A stretch of DNA of 64,000 nt, taken from the NCBI GenBank assembly GCA_963741515.1, contig CAVUIA010000001.1, forward strand, positions 323,767 through 387,766. Direction: 5' to 3'. Positions 53,801 to 61,467 of this stretch are shown in pieces. Both the position numbers and the translations under genes were made by a program. The DNA is from an uncultured bacterium. GTDB lineage: Bacteria; Desulfobacterota; Deferrimicrobia; Deferrimicrobiales; Deferrimicrobiaceae. Numbering within the stretch: position 1 is the stretch's first letter; each line of letters opens with the position of its first letter. The notes beneath the pieces are model-generated. The model made no database searches. It was given only the letters and a program-made list of their open reading frames with translations, and was not told the origin of the DNA.

Positions 53801-54874
53801 CTCACCTGGTCGAACCACATCGGGATCTCCCGGCGCATCGAGGACCCCGAGGAGCGGGACCGGCTGACGAAGATCGTCGAGTCGATCCGGCCCGAGGGGA
53901 TGGGCGCCATCGTCCGCACCGCCGCGGAGGGCGGCACCGAGGATTCGCTCCGGACCGACATGGACTACCTCGTCCGCCTGTGGGAGACGATCCGCAAGAA
54001 GAGCGAGAACGCCGCGGCCCCCGCCCTGATCCACCGCGAGCTCTCCCTTTCCATGCGCGCGGTGCGCGACCTGTTCTCCAGCGACTCGGACCGGATCGTG
54101 GTCGACTCCCCCGAGGAGCACACCCGGATCCGCGCGTTCGCCCAGCAGTTCTTCCCGCGCATCCTGGACAGGATCGAGCTGTACAACGGCCCCGAGCCCA
54201 TCTTCGACAACTACGGCATCGAGATCGAGGTGAACCGGGCGCTCGACAAGAAGGTGTGGCTCAAGAGCGGCGGGTACATCGTGATCGAGCAGACGGAGGC
54301 GCTCACCGTCGTCGACGTGAACACGGGGAAGTACGTCGGCCGCTCCTCGCTCGAGGACACGACGGTCAAGATCAACCTCGAGGCGGTCAAGGAGATCGTC
54401 TACCAGCTGCGGCTGCGCAACATCGGCGGGATCATCATCATCGACTTCATCGACATGAAGAGCGAGGAGAACCGCGAGAAGGTGTACAACGCCCTCGTCG
54501 ACGCGCTGGTGGCGGACCGCAGCAAGACGACGATCTGCAAGATCTCGGAGCTCGGGCTGGTCGAAATGACCCGGAAGCGCGTCCGGGAGAGCCTGGGGCG
54601 CTCCCTCTCCGAGGGCTGCCCCTACTGCTCGGGCGAAGGCGTCATCAAGTCGAAGAAGACGATCTGCTACGACATCTTCCGCGCCCTCGAGCGCCAGAGC
54701 CTGCTCCTGTCGGGCCGGCAGGTGTCGCTGTACGTCCACCCCGCCCTCGCCGAGGAGCTGTTCGGGGAGGAGCGCCGGTTCCTCGAGATCCTCGAGCAGA
54801 AGTTCGGCATGAAGGTGAACATCTCGGCGTCCGAGAAGTTCCACATCGAGCAGTACCGGATCGAGCCGAGCTGA
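50837..54874 (+). CDS. single 1345-aa ORF fusing a radical SAM domain, a DUF2344-like domain and an RNase E/G-family ribonuclease
   Basis: CTRGCRFCQAGY radical-SAM cluster (residues about 1-600), then HVVRIAYAKEGPAKYLSGLEIQSLWGRTLRRAGLP (DUF2344-like), then an S1 domain and RNase E/G catalytic core from MMQRPSRHIVVNAAPYETRVA. No stop in between. The first ATG is at 50840. Confidence 0.75.
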   Translation: MMTRIPPSIRKPSRYSGSEIRPALIPWEDAKTRVLLAFPDAYEIGMSHLGILLLHEILNARPGTLCERVFAPWTDYAEHLRASGEPLPSLESGRPAGSFDMVGFSLCYELTYTNVLMMLELAGIPLLSKDRGEGHPLVVGGGVCTLNPAPVAPFFDALLVGDGEEAALEIVSAVEERKAKGGSRADLLATLAGIAGVYVPGVSMGVSRRVLPDLALSPLLPAPILPSMRVVHDRLSIEISRGCTRGCRFCQAGYAYRPVRERDPLAVLAYLQESAPKTGYDEVGLLSLSAADYSCIDRLVTEAMDALAPDHVSLSLPALRLDALTENTVEQLRKVRKSGFTLAPEAGTERLRRSVNKDILDDDVLKTAEWIFGNGWQTLKLYFMVGLPGETSEDVRAIGLLAKRVAAVARRKGKRCSVTVSVSPFVPKPHTPFQWERQAGRDEMHERIRIVRDALGRERNAELKHASPEVSELEGVFSRGDGRLPSVILSAYRNGARFDAWTEEFRPEAWSRAFAEAGIDPLEYLKERDPAAPLPWDVVDAGIDRGFLLAEREKARTGEITPDCRSAGCTSCGACPPGLSNITYAGRLAAPSPAPEPAAPAPPAPSPQAPPRRHVVRIAYAKEGPAKYLSGLEIQSLWGRTLRRAGLPIAYSQGFNPAPKLSLGPALAVGTDSGCEFLEAEFTLPVVASELPSILPPHLPAGVRVIEAKTVPPGSPRMSDYDLASDYSLRPLPGFALPEGITPSLAAERFAAFRAAQAFPLALVREAQVTEVDLRPLVDDFKVNAEGIFIKIIQGTGKGVRPAEAAAAILGVPLSPDRLVVRKESAEPDPPPGKDMMQRPSRHIVVNAAPYETRVATLESGALAELLIERGEDKNSVGNIYNGKVIRVLPGMQAAFVDIGMDKAGFLFAGDFVTPQLEFDTDPVEDPGLPDDIGIRPARYPQDHFLPPIEGLIREGQHLLVQVAKEPLGTKGARITSHITLPGRHLVLLTWSNHIGISRRIEDPEERDRLTKIVESIRPEGMGAIVRTAAEGGTEDSLRTDMDYLVRLWETIRKKSENAAAPALIHRELSLSMRAVRDLFSSDSDRIVVDSPEEHTRIRAFAQQFFPRILDRIELYNGPEPIFDNYGIEIEVNRALDKKVWLKSGGYIVIEQTEALTVVDVNTGKYVGRSSLEDTTVKINLEAVKEIVYQLRLRNIGGIIIIDFIDMKSEENREKVYNALVDALVADRSKTTICKISELGLVEMTRKRVRESLGRSLSEGCPYCSGEGVIKSKKTICYDIFRALERQSLLLSGRQVSLYVHPALAEELFGEERRFLEILEQKFGMKVNISASEKFHIEQYRIEPS

Positions 54875-54884
54875 ACCACAGATC

Positions 54885-55055
54885 GGGGACGTTGATGAGT
54901 TCTCCCGCAGAACGGGGACACTCATGGGGACCACAAAACGGGGACGGACATGAGAAGGCCAACCTTCGTGCCTTCACGACTTCTCATGTACGTCCCCGTT
55001 ATTTTGGTCCGCTCTTCTCTGTCCCTAAACTGCGGGAGAACTCATCAACGTCCCG
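54885..55055. repeat. 171-bp nested palindrome (outer 26-bp perfect inverted repeat, inner 21-bp inverted repeat), MITE-like or large hairpin
   Basis: GGGGACGTTGATGAGTTCTCCCGCAG at 54885-54910 is exactly complementary to 55030-55055. Inner arms AACGGGGACgGACATGAGAAG and CTTCTCATGTACGTCCCCGTT pair too. Confidence 0.7.
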
Positions 55056-55061
55056 GTTCTG

Positions 55062-56303
55062 CTATTCGACCACGCTAATCCAGAACGCCTCGATGCCCCC
55101 CGCCACGGCGTAACCGCGCGCCTTGACCTGGATATTGTTGTCGATGGCCGCATCGGTCAGTCGCGCGTGGGGGAAAGCCGCGTTGTCGTAGTACGCAAGG
55201 GACCGGTCCGGTATCGGGAAGACCGCGTTGTCCGACGCCAGCCGGAGATCGAACGTGTTGTCGGCCTTCCACCCGCCATCGACAACACCCGTTAATTCGG
55301 CCGGGAAGGTGATGCCCACCTTCTCCGCCACGAGAACGCCGCCCAGGAACGTCCCGATCACGTGCACAAGGGCGGTGTCCCGCAGGGCATCGGGGCCCGA
55401 AATTCCCAACGAAGCCAACGAACCCACGTAACGCCCATCATAGTAGTACCAGAGGGTCCCCGATCCGTAATCGACGCCGACGTTGTCGCTGGCCGTCTTC
55501 ACGACGAATGTCCCGTTCGCACGGTCCACCTGGTCCGCGACGCCGGTGACGATGTAATTCGGGGCGCCGACCACCTCCGCGAAGACCTGCGGCCGCAGCA
55601 GGACGTTGCCGCTGCCGCCGGCCTGGTGGTACTTCAGGCCGACCACATTGATGACCACCGAGTAGAACCGGATCCCTCCCTGCGGGTCCGAAGACGCCGG
55701 GATCACGAGTTTCCCGCCGACGAAGTGAACGTCGAAGTGGTAATGCGCCGTGGGGTGGAACAGCACATCGGGCGCGCCCGCGGCGCGGCCGACCACGTTG
55801 TCGTAATACATCCGGATCTTGGAATACTCGCCCGCCGGCACCGAGGAAAACCTGTTCAGCACATTTCCCGCCATCTCCCCCCCCGTCGGGGGATGAAGCA
55901 GGTCGATCACGACGGGTTCGGCCAGCTCCACCGTGACGAACTCCGACGACCTGCCCTCCTCGGCGTGGGAGTTCATCGTTTCCAGCTCCCCGTTATGGTC
56001 CGGGAATTGGGTATGGTCGGCGGGGATCAGCGCCAGTCTCGTCACCGTCACGAAGACGTTGTCGAAGGCCGGGGAATTCCCGGGCGCCGCTGCGATATCC
56101 GATGACACGCTCGAGGATGCCAACGTCGCCCCCGCGGGGAAAGCCGTGGCGGACGCGATGGAGACGTTGACCGAGGCCGCTCCGGACGTGCCGGAGGAGG
56201 AGGACGTCCCCCCCCCTCCCCCGCAGGCCGCAAGGCCGGCGGTGATCATAAGGACAAGCAGCAGGCGGATCGCGGTGCGCGATGTTTCAGACAGAGACTT
56301 CAT
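55062..56303 (-). CDS. hypothetical lipoprotein (413 aa)
   Basis: MKSLSETSRTAIRLLLVLMITAGLAAC lipobox, then a Gly/Ser-rich linker. ATG follows a GAGGAGGGG Shine-Dalgarno. Confidence 0.65.
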   Translation of the reverse strand: MKSLSETSRTAIRLLLVLMITAGLAACGGGGGTSSSSGTSGAASVNVSIASATAFPAGATLASSSVSSDIAAAPGNSPAFDNVFVTVTRLALIPADHTQFPDHNGELETMNSHAEEGRSSEFVTVELAEPVVIDLLHPPTGGEMAGNVLNRFSSVPAGEYSKIRMYYDNVVGRAAGAPDVLFHPTAHYHFDVHFVGGKLVIPASSDPQGGIRFYSVVINVVGLKYHQAGGSGNVLLRPQVFAEVVGAPNYIVTGVADQVDRANGTFVVKTASDNVGVDYGSGTLWYYYDGRYVGSLASLGISGPDALRDTALVHVIGTFLGGVLVAEKVGITFPAELTGVVDGGWKADNTFDLRLASDNAVFPIPDRSLAYYDNAAFPHARLTDAAIDNNIQVKARGYAVAGGIEAFWISVVE

Positions 56304-56349
56304 GTTCCCCTCCTCTATGGTTCCATTTAATGTCGGTTCGCCGATTTTC

Positions 56350-57345
56350 CTACCTGAAAACAATCCTCGATGCGGAAAGAACGCCGCCGTTTTCCCTCCC
56401 CTGAACCTGGACTTTCCTGTCGGGCTCCCCGGCATCGGCCGAACCGCCGCCGATGAACGCCGTATCGGCGCTCCATACCACCCTCTTCCCCTCCACTTTG
56501 AAGGAGAGATCGTTTCCGGAACCGCCCCATGGCGTCGTGACCAGGCCGGTGAGGGCGGCCTCGGCCCCCTCCGGAAAATCGGTCCGCGCGGCATGCGTCT
56601 CCACACGGGTGGCGGTGATGATGTTGGCGACAGGCGCCCGGTCGGTCGTTACGACCTGAACGTATGAGCCGTTCGCGGGCCCGCCCGCGGGGAAGGAAAC
56701 CGTCACGGTTGTCCCGGAGCCGTCCGGCAGCGGCCCGACGCGAAAACCGGCCGCGGACGATGCGGAGACGAACCCATGGACTTCGAACTCCTGGAAAGGC
56801 GGCGGCATCGGGGGACCCGCGACGGAAACGTACGCCGCACGGATCCGCCCGGCGTTATCCGCATACCCGCTGACCTCCACGACGTCGTCCAGGCCGAGGG
56901 AGAGAAAGAGCGCGGCATTATCCACGACGACGGCCTGTCCCAGGATTCCGATGACGTTGTCGGCGCCGGGGACGATCGCGCTAATGGGCCCCCGCAGGCT
57001 GTTCCGGTATTCGATCGCCCGGGCGTTGTTGTCGCCTGTCCCGTATCGAACCGTCACGACCATCCCCTCGGAGAAAACATCCCTGTCCTTCTGGTGAGAC
57101 TTGTCCGCCCCGTTGACCCACTTTCTCGTCATGTATCCGGGAGCCACGTTGTTGTCCGTGCGGAAATGCACATCGTTGACAACGACGCTGCCGAAGCCGG
57201 AGATCTCGCCCGTGCTGATCCCCGTGCCGCCCGTTCCGCCGCCGGCGAAATCGGTGCCGCTCGTCCCGCAAGAGAGGGAGAGAAGAACCAGCAAGAGCAT
57301 CGGTGCCCCGATACGGAATACGGGCGTTCGATTCGCCGGTTTCAT
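56350..57345 (-). CDS. hypothetical lipoprotein (331 aa)
   Basis: MKPANRTPVFRIGAPMLLLVLLSLSCG lipobox. Its start overlaps the stop of the upstream gene. Confidence 0.65.
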   Translation of the reverse strand: MKPANRTPVFRIGAPMLLLVLLSLSCGTSGTDFAGGGTGGTGISTGEISGFGSVVVNDVHFRTDNNVAPGYMTRKWVNGADKSHQKDRDVFSEGMVVTVRYGTGDNNARAIEYRNSLRGPISAIVPGADNVIGILGQAVVVDNAALFLSLGLDDVVEVSGYADNAGRIRAAYVSVAGPPMPPPFQEFEVHGFVSASSAAGFRVGPLPDGSGTTVTVSFPAGGPANGSYVQVVTTDRAPVANIITATRVETHAARTDFPEGAEAALTGLVTTPWGGSGNDLSFKVEGKRVVWSADTAFIGGGSADAGEPDRKVQVQGRENGGVLSASRIVFR

Positions 57346-58172
57346 CTCTCCCCTCCCCCGCCGCCATCCCCCTGGAAATAATAGATGCCGACCCCCGCCC
57401 GCATTTTGCCCGTCCCGGCGACCCCGGGATGGAAGTCCCGGTCCTGCCGGCTCAACTCGCCGTCCAGATTTTCCAGGAGCTCCTGCGCCCGGGCCGCTGC
57501 GAGCGCCCTGAACCCGGGAAGCGCCTCGGAAGGAAGGTTGTCGTAGCAGACCTTCCTCTGGTAGAACAGGTCGCCCATTCGCTGGATGTTGTGGTCGATC
57601 GTCGATATCAGGTCCGCCGTGTCGACGCCCAGGATGCCGATCTTGTCGATCTCGCCGGTTTTCGGGATGTAGGACCGCTCGAGCAACCGCATGTTTCCTT
57701 CCTGCGTCCGCTCGACCGCCCCGAGTCTCAGAAGTTCATCGAGCACCGCCCGGGCGGGGGCGTCGCCGCTGTAGATCTTGACCAGTTCCCCGAAGCAGGC
57801 GGCATCCCCTTCGAACGGCAGCTCCATCGGCCGCCCCGATTCCCGATGGAACCGCGGGTCCCGCACCCAGCCGCCGATCACGCGCGCCGCCCGGTTGTAC
57901 CGTTCCGCAGCGCCCATATCGTCCGTGGGCGGCAGGCGCCTCACGCGCAGGACTTCCTTGCGCGACAGGCCGGTGATGATGGACACCCGCGATTTGGACT
58001 GCTTCCTTCCGGCGATTCCGAATTCCTCCTCCATGGCGACGTCCACGTATACCCGCTTCGCGAGATCGGAAAACGTCCGGTAAGGGATGCCGTTTCTCAG
58101 GAGGAGCCTTACCAGCGGGCGGAGCATGGTCGCGACGGCCGCCGATAAGGCCTGGGTGATTTTCGATTCCAT
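57342..58172 (-). CDS. hypothetical protein (276 aa), first gene of a three-gene operon with the two lipoproteins
   Basis: Intact ORF with normal composition and a possible N-terminal HTH-like stretch (RTFSDLAKRVYVDVAMEEEFGIAGRKQSKSRVSIITGLSRKEVLR). No confident family. Confidence 0.5.
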   Translation of the reverse strand: MESKITQALSAAVATMLRPLVRLLLRNGIPYRTFSDLAKRVYVDVAMEEEFGIAGRKQSKSRVSIITGLSRKEVLRVRRLPPTDDMGAAERYNRAARVIGGWVRDPRFHRESGRPMELPFEGDAACFGELVKIYSGDAPARAVLDELLRLGAVERTQEGNMRLLERSYIPKTGEIDKIGILGVDTADLISTIDHNIQRMGDLFYQRKVCYDNLPSEALPGFRALAAARAQELLENLDGELSRQDRDFHPGVAGTGKMRAGVGIYYFQGDGGGGGER

Positions 58173-58174
58173 AT

Positions 58175-58191
58175 TTGGGAATTTATTCCCA
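58175..58191. promoter_or_regulatory. 16-bp perfect palindrome TGGGAATTTATTCCCA immediately upstream of the start codon of the 57342-58172 gene
   Basis: Exact inverted repeat in the AT-rich divergent region shared with the tRNA-Thr promoter. Confidence 0.3.
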
Positions 58192-58320
58192 TTTTAAATC
58201 AGTGTCAACTATTAATAAACGGGCGATCGATCGCCTGCCCTTTCATTGCGGGGCGATTCCGGCTTGACTTTGTCCGACCGCCCTATCTATATTTATAAAT
58301 TCGCGAGTTACCGTTCGTGC

Positions 58321-58395
58321 GCCGGCGTAGCTCAGTGGTAGAGCAGCTGATTCGTAATCAGCAGGTCGTCGGTTCAATCCCGACCGCCGGCTCCA
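58321..58395 (+). tRNA. tRNA-Thr (anticodon CGU) with encoded CCA
   Basis: Cloverleaf read directly: acceptor GCCGGCG/CGCCGGC, D-arm GCTC-AGTGGTA-GAGC, anticodon stem GCTGA/TCAGC with loop TTCGTAA, T-arm GTCGG-TTCAATC-CCGAC, discriminator T, CCA. A TTGACT-N18-TATATT promoter-like motif lies upstream. Confidence 0.9.
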
Positions 58396-58505
58396 CGTTT
58401 TTCCCATGCCGATACGTGAGGGATTGAACCTACGCACAATCCCGATGGCCATGGATGGCCAAGTGCCGGCGCGGCCAGGGATGGCCACGGATCTTGTTGC
58501 GCCGG

Positions 58506-58521
58506 CCGACCGCCGGCTCCA
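58506..58521 (+). repeat. 16-nt direct repeat of the tRNA-Thr 3' end (CCGACCGCCGGCTCCA), 111 bp downstream of the tRNA
   Basis: Exact match to tRNA positions about 58380-58395. Signature of a former site-specific integration at the tRNA. Confidence 0.6.
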
Positions 58522-58532
58522 CTCCTGGTGGA

Positions 58533-58603
58533 GGACAGACTTCCCCTCCGCCCGTTATCGGTAAATCGAAGTCTGTCCCCTGCCGCCTCCCCTTCCCCTA
58601 TCG
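58533..58603 (-). repeat. hairpin-containing repeat element, copy B (inverted relative to copy A at 5134-5208)
   Basis: Same stem GGACAGACTTC/GAAGTCTGTCC. The loop is the reverse complement of copy A's loop with three substitutions. The flank CGATAGGGGAAGGGGAGGCGGCAGGGGAC resembles CGATATAGGCGTAGGCGGTTTCGGGGGAC. Confidence 0.5.
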
Positions 58604-58702
58604 TAATGCGATCCTGCGCCATCCTCGTGCGCGGGAAAATTGATATAATTTAAACATGGGGGAACGGAGGAGATCGGCCGCTTCGGGACGGAAGGAGGAC
58701 CA

Positions 58703-58912
58703 ATGCAAACATACGATGTTTACCGCGTGGACTATGCAAAGCATCAAAAGGTGCCGATGGGCAAGGTCGTCGAGCGAAGGAACAGGAAACGGCCGGACAA
58801 CGTCCTGGGACTGTTGAGAGTGGCGCGAAAGACTTTCGGCTGGAACCCGGACTATGACATGCATATCGTGCTCGATAAAAACGCCTTGAAGGATAACGAA
58901 AGGGCGGGGTGA
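58703..58912 (+). CDS. small hypothetical protein (69 aa)
   Basis: Strong AAGGAGG Shine-Dalgarno 7 nt before the ATG, normal composition (MQTYDVYRVDYAKHQKVPMGKVVERRNRKRPDNVLGLLRVARKTFGW...), terminator at the stop. Confidence 0.5.
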   Translation: MQTYDVYRVDYAKHQKVPMGKVVERRNRKRPDNVLGLLRVARKTFGWNPDYDMHIVLDKNALKDNERAG

Positions 58913-58928
58913 CCCGCCCTTTTTCTTT
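58902..58928. terminator. bidirectional rho-independent terminator (GGGCGGG-gtga-CCCGCCC, TTTTTCTTT on the plus strand, TTTCGTT on the minus strand)
   Basis: Perfect 7-bp GC stem with U-tracts on both strands between the convergent small genes 58703-58912 and 58932-59201. Confidence 0.6.
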
Positions 58929-58931
58929 GGA

Positions 58932-59201
58932 CTAGTAAGCCTCGGAATCCGCCCCCGGAACCGCCCCCGCACCTATCGCACCGCTTGCCTGCCAGCCCGC
59001 GCCGAACATGCTTCCCTCCGACCCGCTCTTTCCCATGGGGCCGACAGCGTAGTCCTTATACTGTTCGACCGCCTCCTGGTCCTGAAGGGTCCACGCCGGG
59101 TTTTCCGATGGATATCCTTCCGCCAGCGCGACACCGAAACCGACCGCCGCCCCCGCGATCAGAATTCCTGCGATAAACATCCCGACAATCGCCTTTTTCA
59201 T
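58932..59201 (-). CDS. small secreted or membrane-anchored protein (89 aa) with an N-terminal signal peptide
   Basis: MKKAIVGMFIAGILIAGAAVGFGVALAEG..., GGGGAGGGG Shine-Dalgarno, Gly/Ala-rich C-terminus. Confidence 0.5.
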   Translation of the reverse strand: MKKAIVGMFIAGILIAGAAVGFGVALAEGYPSENPAWTLQDQEAVEQYKDYAVGPMGKSGSEGSMFGAGWQASGAIGAGAVPGADSEAY

Positions 59202-59584
59202 GTTCGTCCCCTCCCCTGAAAGGGGTTCGATCCGGATTCCCTCCCTGTTCCTGAAAATTTAGGTTCGGGCCATCAGGGTGAAGTTTCCCGGCGGGAAAAA
59301 ATAGATGACTCGGCCAGCCGATTTCTGGAAATATTTTTCCCATTGTAGCGCGTTTCCATTTAACGCCATTGCATACTGACAACAATATCCCTTTTAAAAT
59401 GAATACTTACCTGGGACGGGATATTGGTGTAAATATTGCTTCGGTTGGAAAGACTGTTTATTTTTCTTCCGATCGGATGGTCTTTGATATTGATATCCAT
59501 TCCCGCAAGAGGGATAATTTGTTTGCGGCGATGCCTCGGTGACCAGGGTTGGTTCTCCACCTGGCTCGCTAACGAGATCGCCCA

Positions 59585-59642
59585 GGCGCTGAGTCAGTCC
59601 GATTCCCGCTTCACCTGACTGACCCGGCGCCACTTTTTCCCC
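59585..59642 (+). terminator. terminator-like hairpin plus T-tract about 80 nt upstream of the PEP-CTERM gene (possible attenuator or sRNA 3' end)
   Basis: GGCGC-tga-GTCAGTC...GACTGAC-ccg-GCGCC followed by ACTTTTTCCCC. It sits inside a roughly 500-bp AT-rich leader with no convincing ORF. Confidence 0.35.
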
Positions 59643-59720
59643 CTATTGGCGTGGATTGCTACAGGGCGTCGCGGCCACGGTCGCGGGAAATTAAACACAT
59701 TGCACGGTAAGGGGCAATAG

Positions 59721-59927
59721 ATGAAGAAAGCAGTTATCCTCTCGATATTTTACTTTGTGGTCTTGCTGCTGTCCTCGGTGCCGGCAATATCCGCGTTAAT
59801 AGCGGAAAACGACATATTGCGTGCGGGTTATTCCTTCCTCGTCCCGGAACCCTCCACGACGCTCATGCTGCTGGGGGGAGGACTGGTTGGATTGCTTGGA
59901 TATCGTCGCTGGAAGAGAATGACGTAA
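59721..59927 (+). CDS. very small PEP-CTERM-anchored protein (68 aa)
   Basis: Signal peptide MKKAVILSIFYFVVLLLSSVPAISA, a 16-aa core, then VPEP + TM helix + basic tail (LGYRRWKRMT*), the canonical exosortase sorting signal. Confidence 0.7.
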   Translation: MKKAVILSIFYFVVLLLSSVPAISALIAENDILRAGYSFLVPEPSTTLMLLGGGLVGLLGYRRWKRMT

Positions 59928-60070
59928 GCCACCCTTCCGCGCCATAGGACGAACACCGGTCTCACAAACAGACAAACAACGGTTCTCATTCAGGACAGGG
60001 GCCGATACCGGGAGGCGCCGGACAGCATTACTGTGATTCAAACGACTCGCCAGCCAGAAAGGCCGTGGTC

Positions 60071-60244
60071 ATGAGAAGATTTTTAGCGATCTGCATTCTG
60101 GCATCGGCATTCCTGTCCATACCTATGGCCGAGGCAGCTTTCACCACCTCCAACACGGCAGCGCCCGGACTCTCCACGCTGCTGCTCCTTGGGAGTGTAT
60201 TGGCGGGACTGTTTTGGAATCGTCGCAGGAGGAGAATGACGTAA
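60071..60244 (+). CDS. second tiny paralog (57 aa) with a degenerate PEP-CTERM-like tail
   Basis: Not in the ORF track (below 60 aa). MRRFLAICILASAFLSIPMAEA + AFTTSNTA + APG-LSTLLLLGSVLAGLF-WNRRRRRMT*. The 3' codons and downstream 12 nt (GAATGACGTAAGCCA) are nearly identical to the first gene. Confidence 0.5.
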   Translation: MRRFLAICILASAFLSIPMAEAAFTTSNTAAPGLSTLLLLGSVLAGLFWNRRRRRMT

Positions 60245-60333
60245 GCCATGGCTCTTCGGTAAAGGTGGGTTGCGATATTGCCGATAAGATGAGCGTGGGG
60301 TGGCTGACAAAATCGATGGCTACGGAGTAAGTC

Positions 60334-60507
60334 GTGAATATCTCATCTTCCCTGCTCGTTATATTCGTAATAATTGCACTTATAATCGCGGCTATACGGT
60401 TTTTAGTAAATAAACATCAAGCGACCGACAAACATATCCATGAGGAAAATAAGCGGATAATCATGAAAAACATGAAGCTGAAGAGGACCTGGATATCTAA
60501 ATATTAG
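60334..60507 (+). CDS. candidate small single-TM membrane protein (57 aa) in an AT-rich stretch
   Basis: GTG start after GGAG. SLLVIFVIIALIIAAIRFLV TM helix, then a Lys-rich tail. Start and frame were read by eye. Confidence 0.3.
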   Translation: MNISSSLLVIFVIIALIIAAIRFLVNKHQATDKHIHEENKRIIMKNMKLKRTWISKY

Positions 60508-60527
60508 AGATCACTGCAGGCCAACCC

Positions 60528-60833
60528 TCACGCCTTCTTGCTCCGGGTCCGGCCCTTCTTTCCCATCTCCTCCATTTTGCACTTGTTCACGCACTGCCAC
60601 GATACCCGGTAGTAGCCCCCTTCCGGCATTTGCTTTATGGCCATGAGGTGTTCGGCGCCGCATACCTTGCACCGCAACTTTCCCGTGTGCCCGTCGACCA
60701 ATTCCATGACCCTCGGCGGCGCTTTCCCTTTCCTTGGAACGTCCCACAGTCTCGACTTGCACTCCGGGCATGACTTGGGCCTGCCCTCGATCCTCGGCTG
60801 CCAGTTGTATCCGCACCGTTTACATAGAACCAT
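60528..60833 (-). CDS. double zinc-ribbon protein (about 101 aa)
   Basis: CKRCGYNW...CPECKS and CKVCGAEH...CVNKC Cys pairs. Lys/Arg-rich C-terminus. ATG MVLCKRCG. Confidence 0.5.
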   Translation of the reverse strand: MVLCKRCGYNWQPRIEGRPKSCPECKSRLWDVPRKGKAPPRVMELVDGHTGKLRCKVCGAEHLMAIKQMPEGGYYRVSWQCVNKCKMEEMGKKGRTRSKKA

Positions 60834-61467
60834 CCGGCCTCCCCGCGCTTGAACGTTCCTTCTTCGGCTTCCACTCACGCACTTGCTTTTGCGCCTGGGC
60901 GACCTGTTCCAGGGTCATGTTGTACGCGGCGCTGTCCCTGTTGCCGACGGCCTGCTCGCGAACCTCCCGATCGGAGTCGGCAAACCGGGAGGCCGCAATC
61001 GCAAACCAGACATAGGCGGAATAAAAATCCTGCGGCACGCCTTTGCCCACGGCGTACATGATGCCGAGGTTGTTCTGGGCGCGGGGTACCCCCTGCTCCG
61101 CCGCTCTCGCGTACCACTTCGCGGCCTCGGAGTAGTCCTGCCACACGCCCTGGCCGTTTTCGTACATGACGCCCAGGTTGTTCTGCCCCTCCCCATCCCC
61201 CTGGTCCGCCGCTTTCGAGTACCACTTCACCGCCTCGCCGTAGTCCTTCCCCACGCCTTGACCCGATTGGTACATGTAGCCGAGGATGTTCTGGGCCTTG
61301 GGCAATCCCTTTTCGGCCAGCGGTTTGGTGAGACGGTAGGCGGCGGCGTAGTCGCCGCGGTCGAAGGCCCTCACGATATCCTCGATCGGTCCCGCGGGAG
61401 CCGCGACGGCAAGGGAACTCGTCAGTATGGATGCCATCAACATCAAAGCGATCGTGATTTTTCGCAT
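60820..61467 (-). CDS. Sel1-repeat (TPR-like) secreted protein
   Basis: Signal peptide MRKITIALMLMASILTSSLAVAAP, then three or more Sel1 repeats (GQGVxxDYxEAxKWYxKAAxQG). Confidence 0.75.
   Translation of the reverse strand: MRKITIALMLMASILTSSLAVAAPAGPIEDIVRAFDRGDYAAAYRLTKPLAEKGLPKAQNILGYMYQSGQGVGKDYGEAVKWYSKAADQGDGEGQNNLGVMYENGQGVWQDYSEAAKWYARAAEQGVPRAQNNLGIMYAVGKGVPQDFYSAYVWFAIAASRFADSDREVREQAVGNRDSAAYNMTLEQVAQAQKQVREWKPKKERSSAGRPDGSM

Noticed and set aside
59436-59618. 60-aa hydrophobic ORF in the PEP-CTERM leader.
   Set aside because: It has no Shine-Dalgarno and begins on a weak alternative start. It more likely reflects the structured AT-rich leader, whose hairpin overlaps its stop.
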